DNA of 6,796 nucleotides, from positions 1-6,796 of the forward strand of contig NW_021829231.1 of assembly GCF_006345805.1 (NCBI RefSeq), given 5' to 3'. Numbering within the stretch: position 1 is the stretch's first letter; the number at the start of each line of letters is the position of its first letter. The notes beneath the pieces are model-generated. The model was given only the letters and a program-made list of their open reading frames with translations. It had not been told where the DNA came from and did no database searches. The translations under genes and the position numbers were made by a program. This DNA comes from Octopus sinensis. Lineage: Eukaryota. Shown here piece after piece: positions 6,331 to 6,796 of this stretch.

Positions 6331-6490
6331 TATAATTATTATCATCAATATTATTGTTATTATTGTTTCAAATTTTGCGAGAAGATCAGCAATCTTAGGG
6401 GGAAATGGATCAATCGATTATATTGACACCGGTTCTTAACTAATATTGCATGTTATCGAACCCGATATGATGGAAACAGCAAAACCAATC
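6331..6490 (-). mobile_element. SINE family B copy 4, strongly decayed 3' part with an (AAT)n tail
   Basis: caatcgattatattgacaccggttcttaactaatatt...gttatcgaacccgatatgatggaaa parallels tcgattacatcgaccccagagtttcactggtacttgatttatcgacaccgaaaggatgaaa. (ATT)n tract at 6331-6364. Confidence 0.65.
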
Positions 6491-6500
6491 AGAACCAATA

Positions 6501-6706
6501 ACCCTGTCTACTAAAGAAACATAGCCTGAAATTTTGCAGGAGTTGTGGGTGGGGGTCACAATTCGATTACATCGACCCCAGAGTTTCACTGGTACTTGAT
6601 TTATCGACACCGAAAGGATGAAAGGCAATACTGACCTAGGCAGAATTTGAACTCAGAACGTAAAACCGGACAAAATGACGATAAGCATTTCGACCGGCAT
6701 GCTCAC
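6501..6706 (-). mobile_element. SINE family B copy 5 (first few head bases missing)
   Basis: gcctgaaattttg...tcgattacatcgaccccagagtttcactggtac...gaatttgaactcagaacgtaaaaccggacaaaatgacgataagcatttcgaccggcatgct. Confidence 0.9.
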
Positions 6707-6796
6707 CTGTTAGGTTAATAATCTATTTACAATGGCCAATATTTAGTTGGTATTTAATCTGTTACAAACAACCACCGATTTGTTACGGTTGTGGTG

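Overview
Eukaryotic, AT-rich, repeat-dense genomic DNA, most likely intronic or intergenic octopus (coleoid cephalopod) sequence. The taxon is inferred from my recollection of the repeat families, not from a search. The window holds two tRNA-derived SINE families: family A (1 full-length copy and 4 fragments) and family B (5 copies, all on the minus strand). It also holds many microsatellites and low-complexity tracts, a decayed RTE-type LINE reverse-transcriptase fragment and a third repeat present twice. A 154-bp insertion has a 9-bp target-site duplication, a perfect 28-bp internal inverted repeat and what looks like the 3' half of a Penelope-type hammerhead ribozyme. Nearly all listed ORFs are artefacts of microsatellites or SINEs. 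The only plausible host-gene sequence is an acidic minus-strand candidate exon at about 5874-5998. I found no complete gene, rRNA, true tRNA, CRISPR array or multi-gene system, and I cannot support a claim of a new biological system. The findings concern retroelement architecture.
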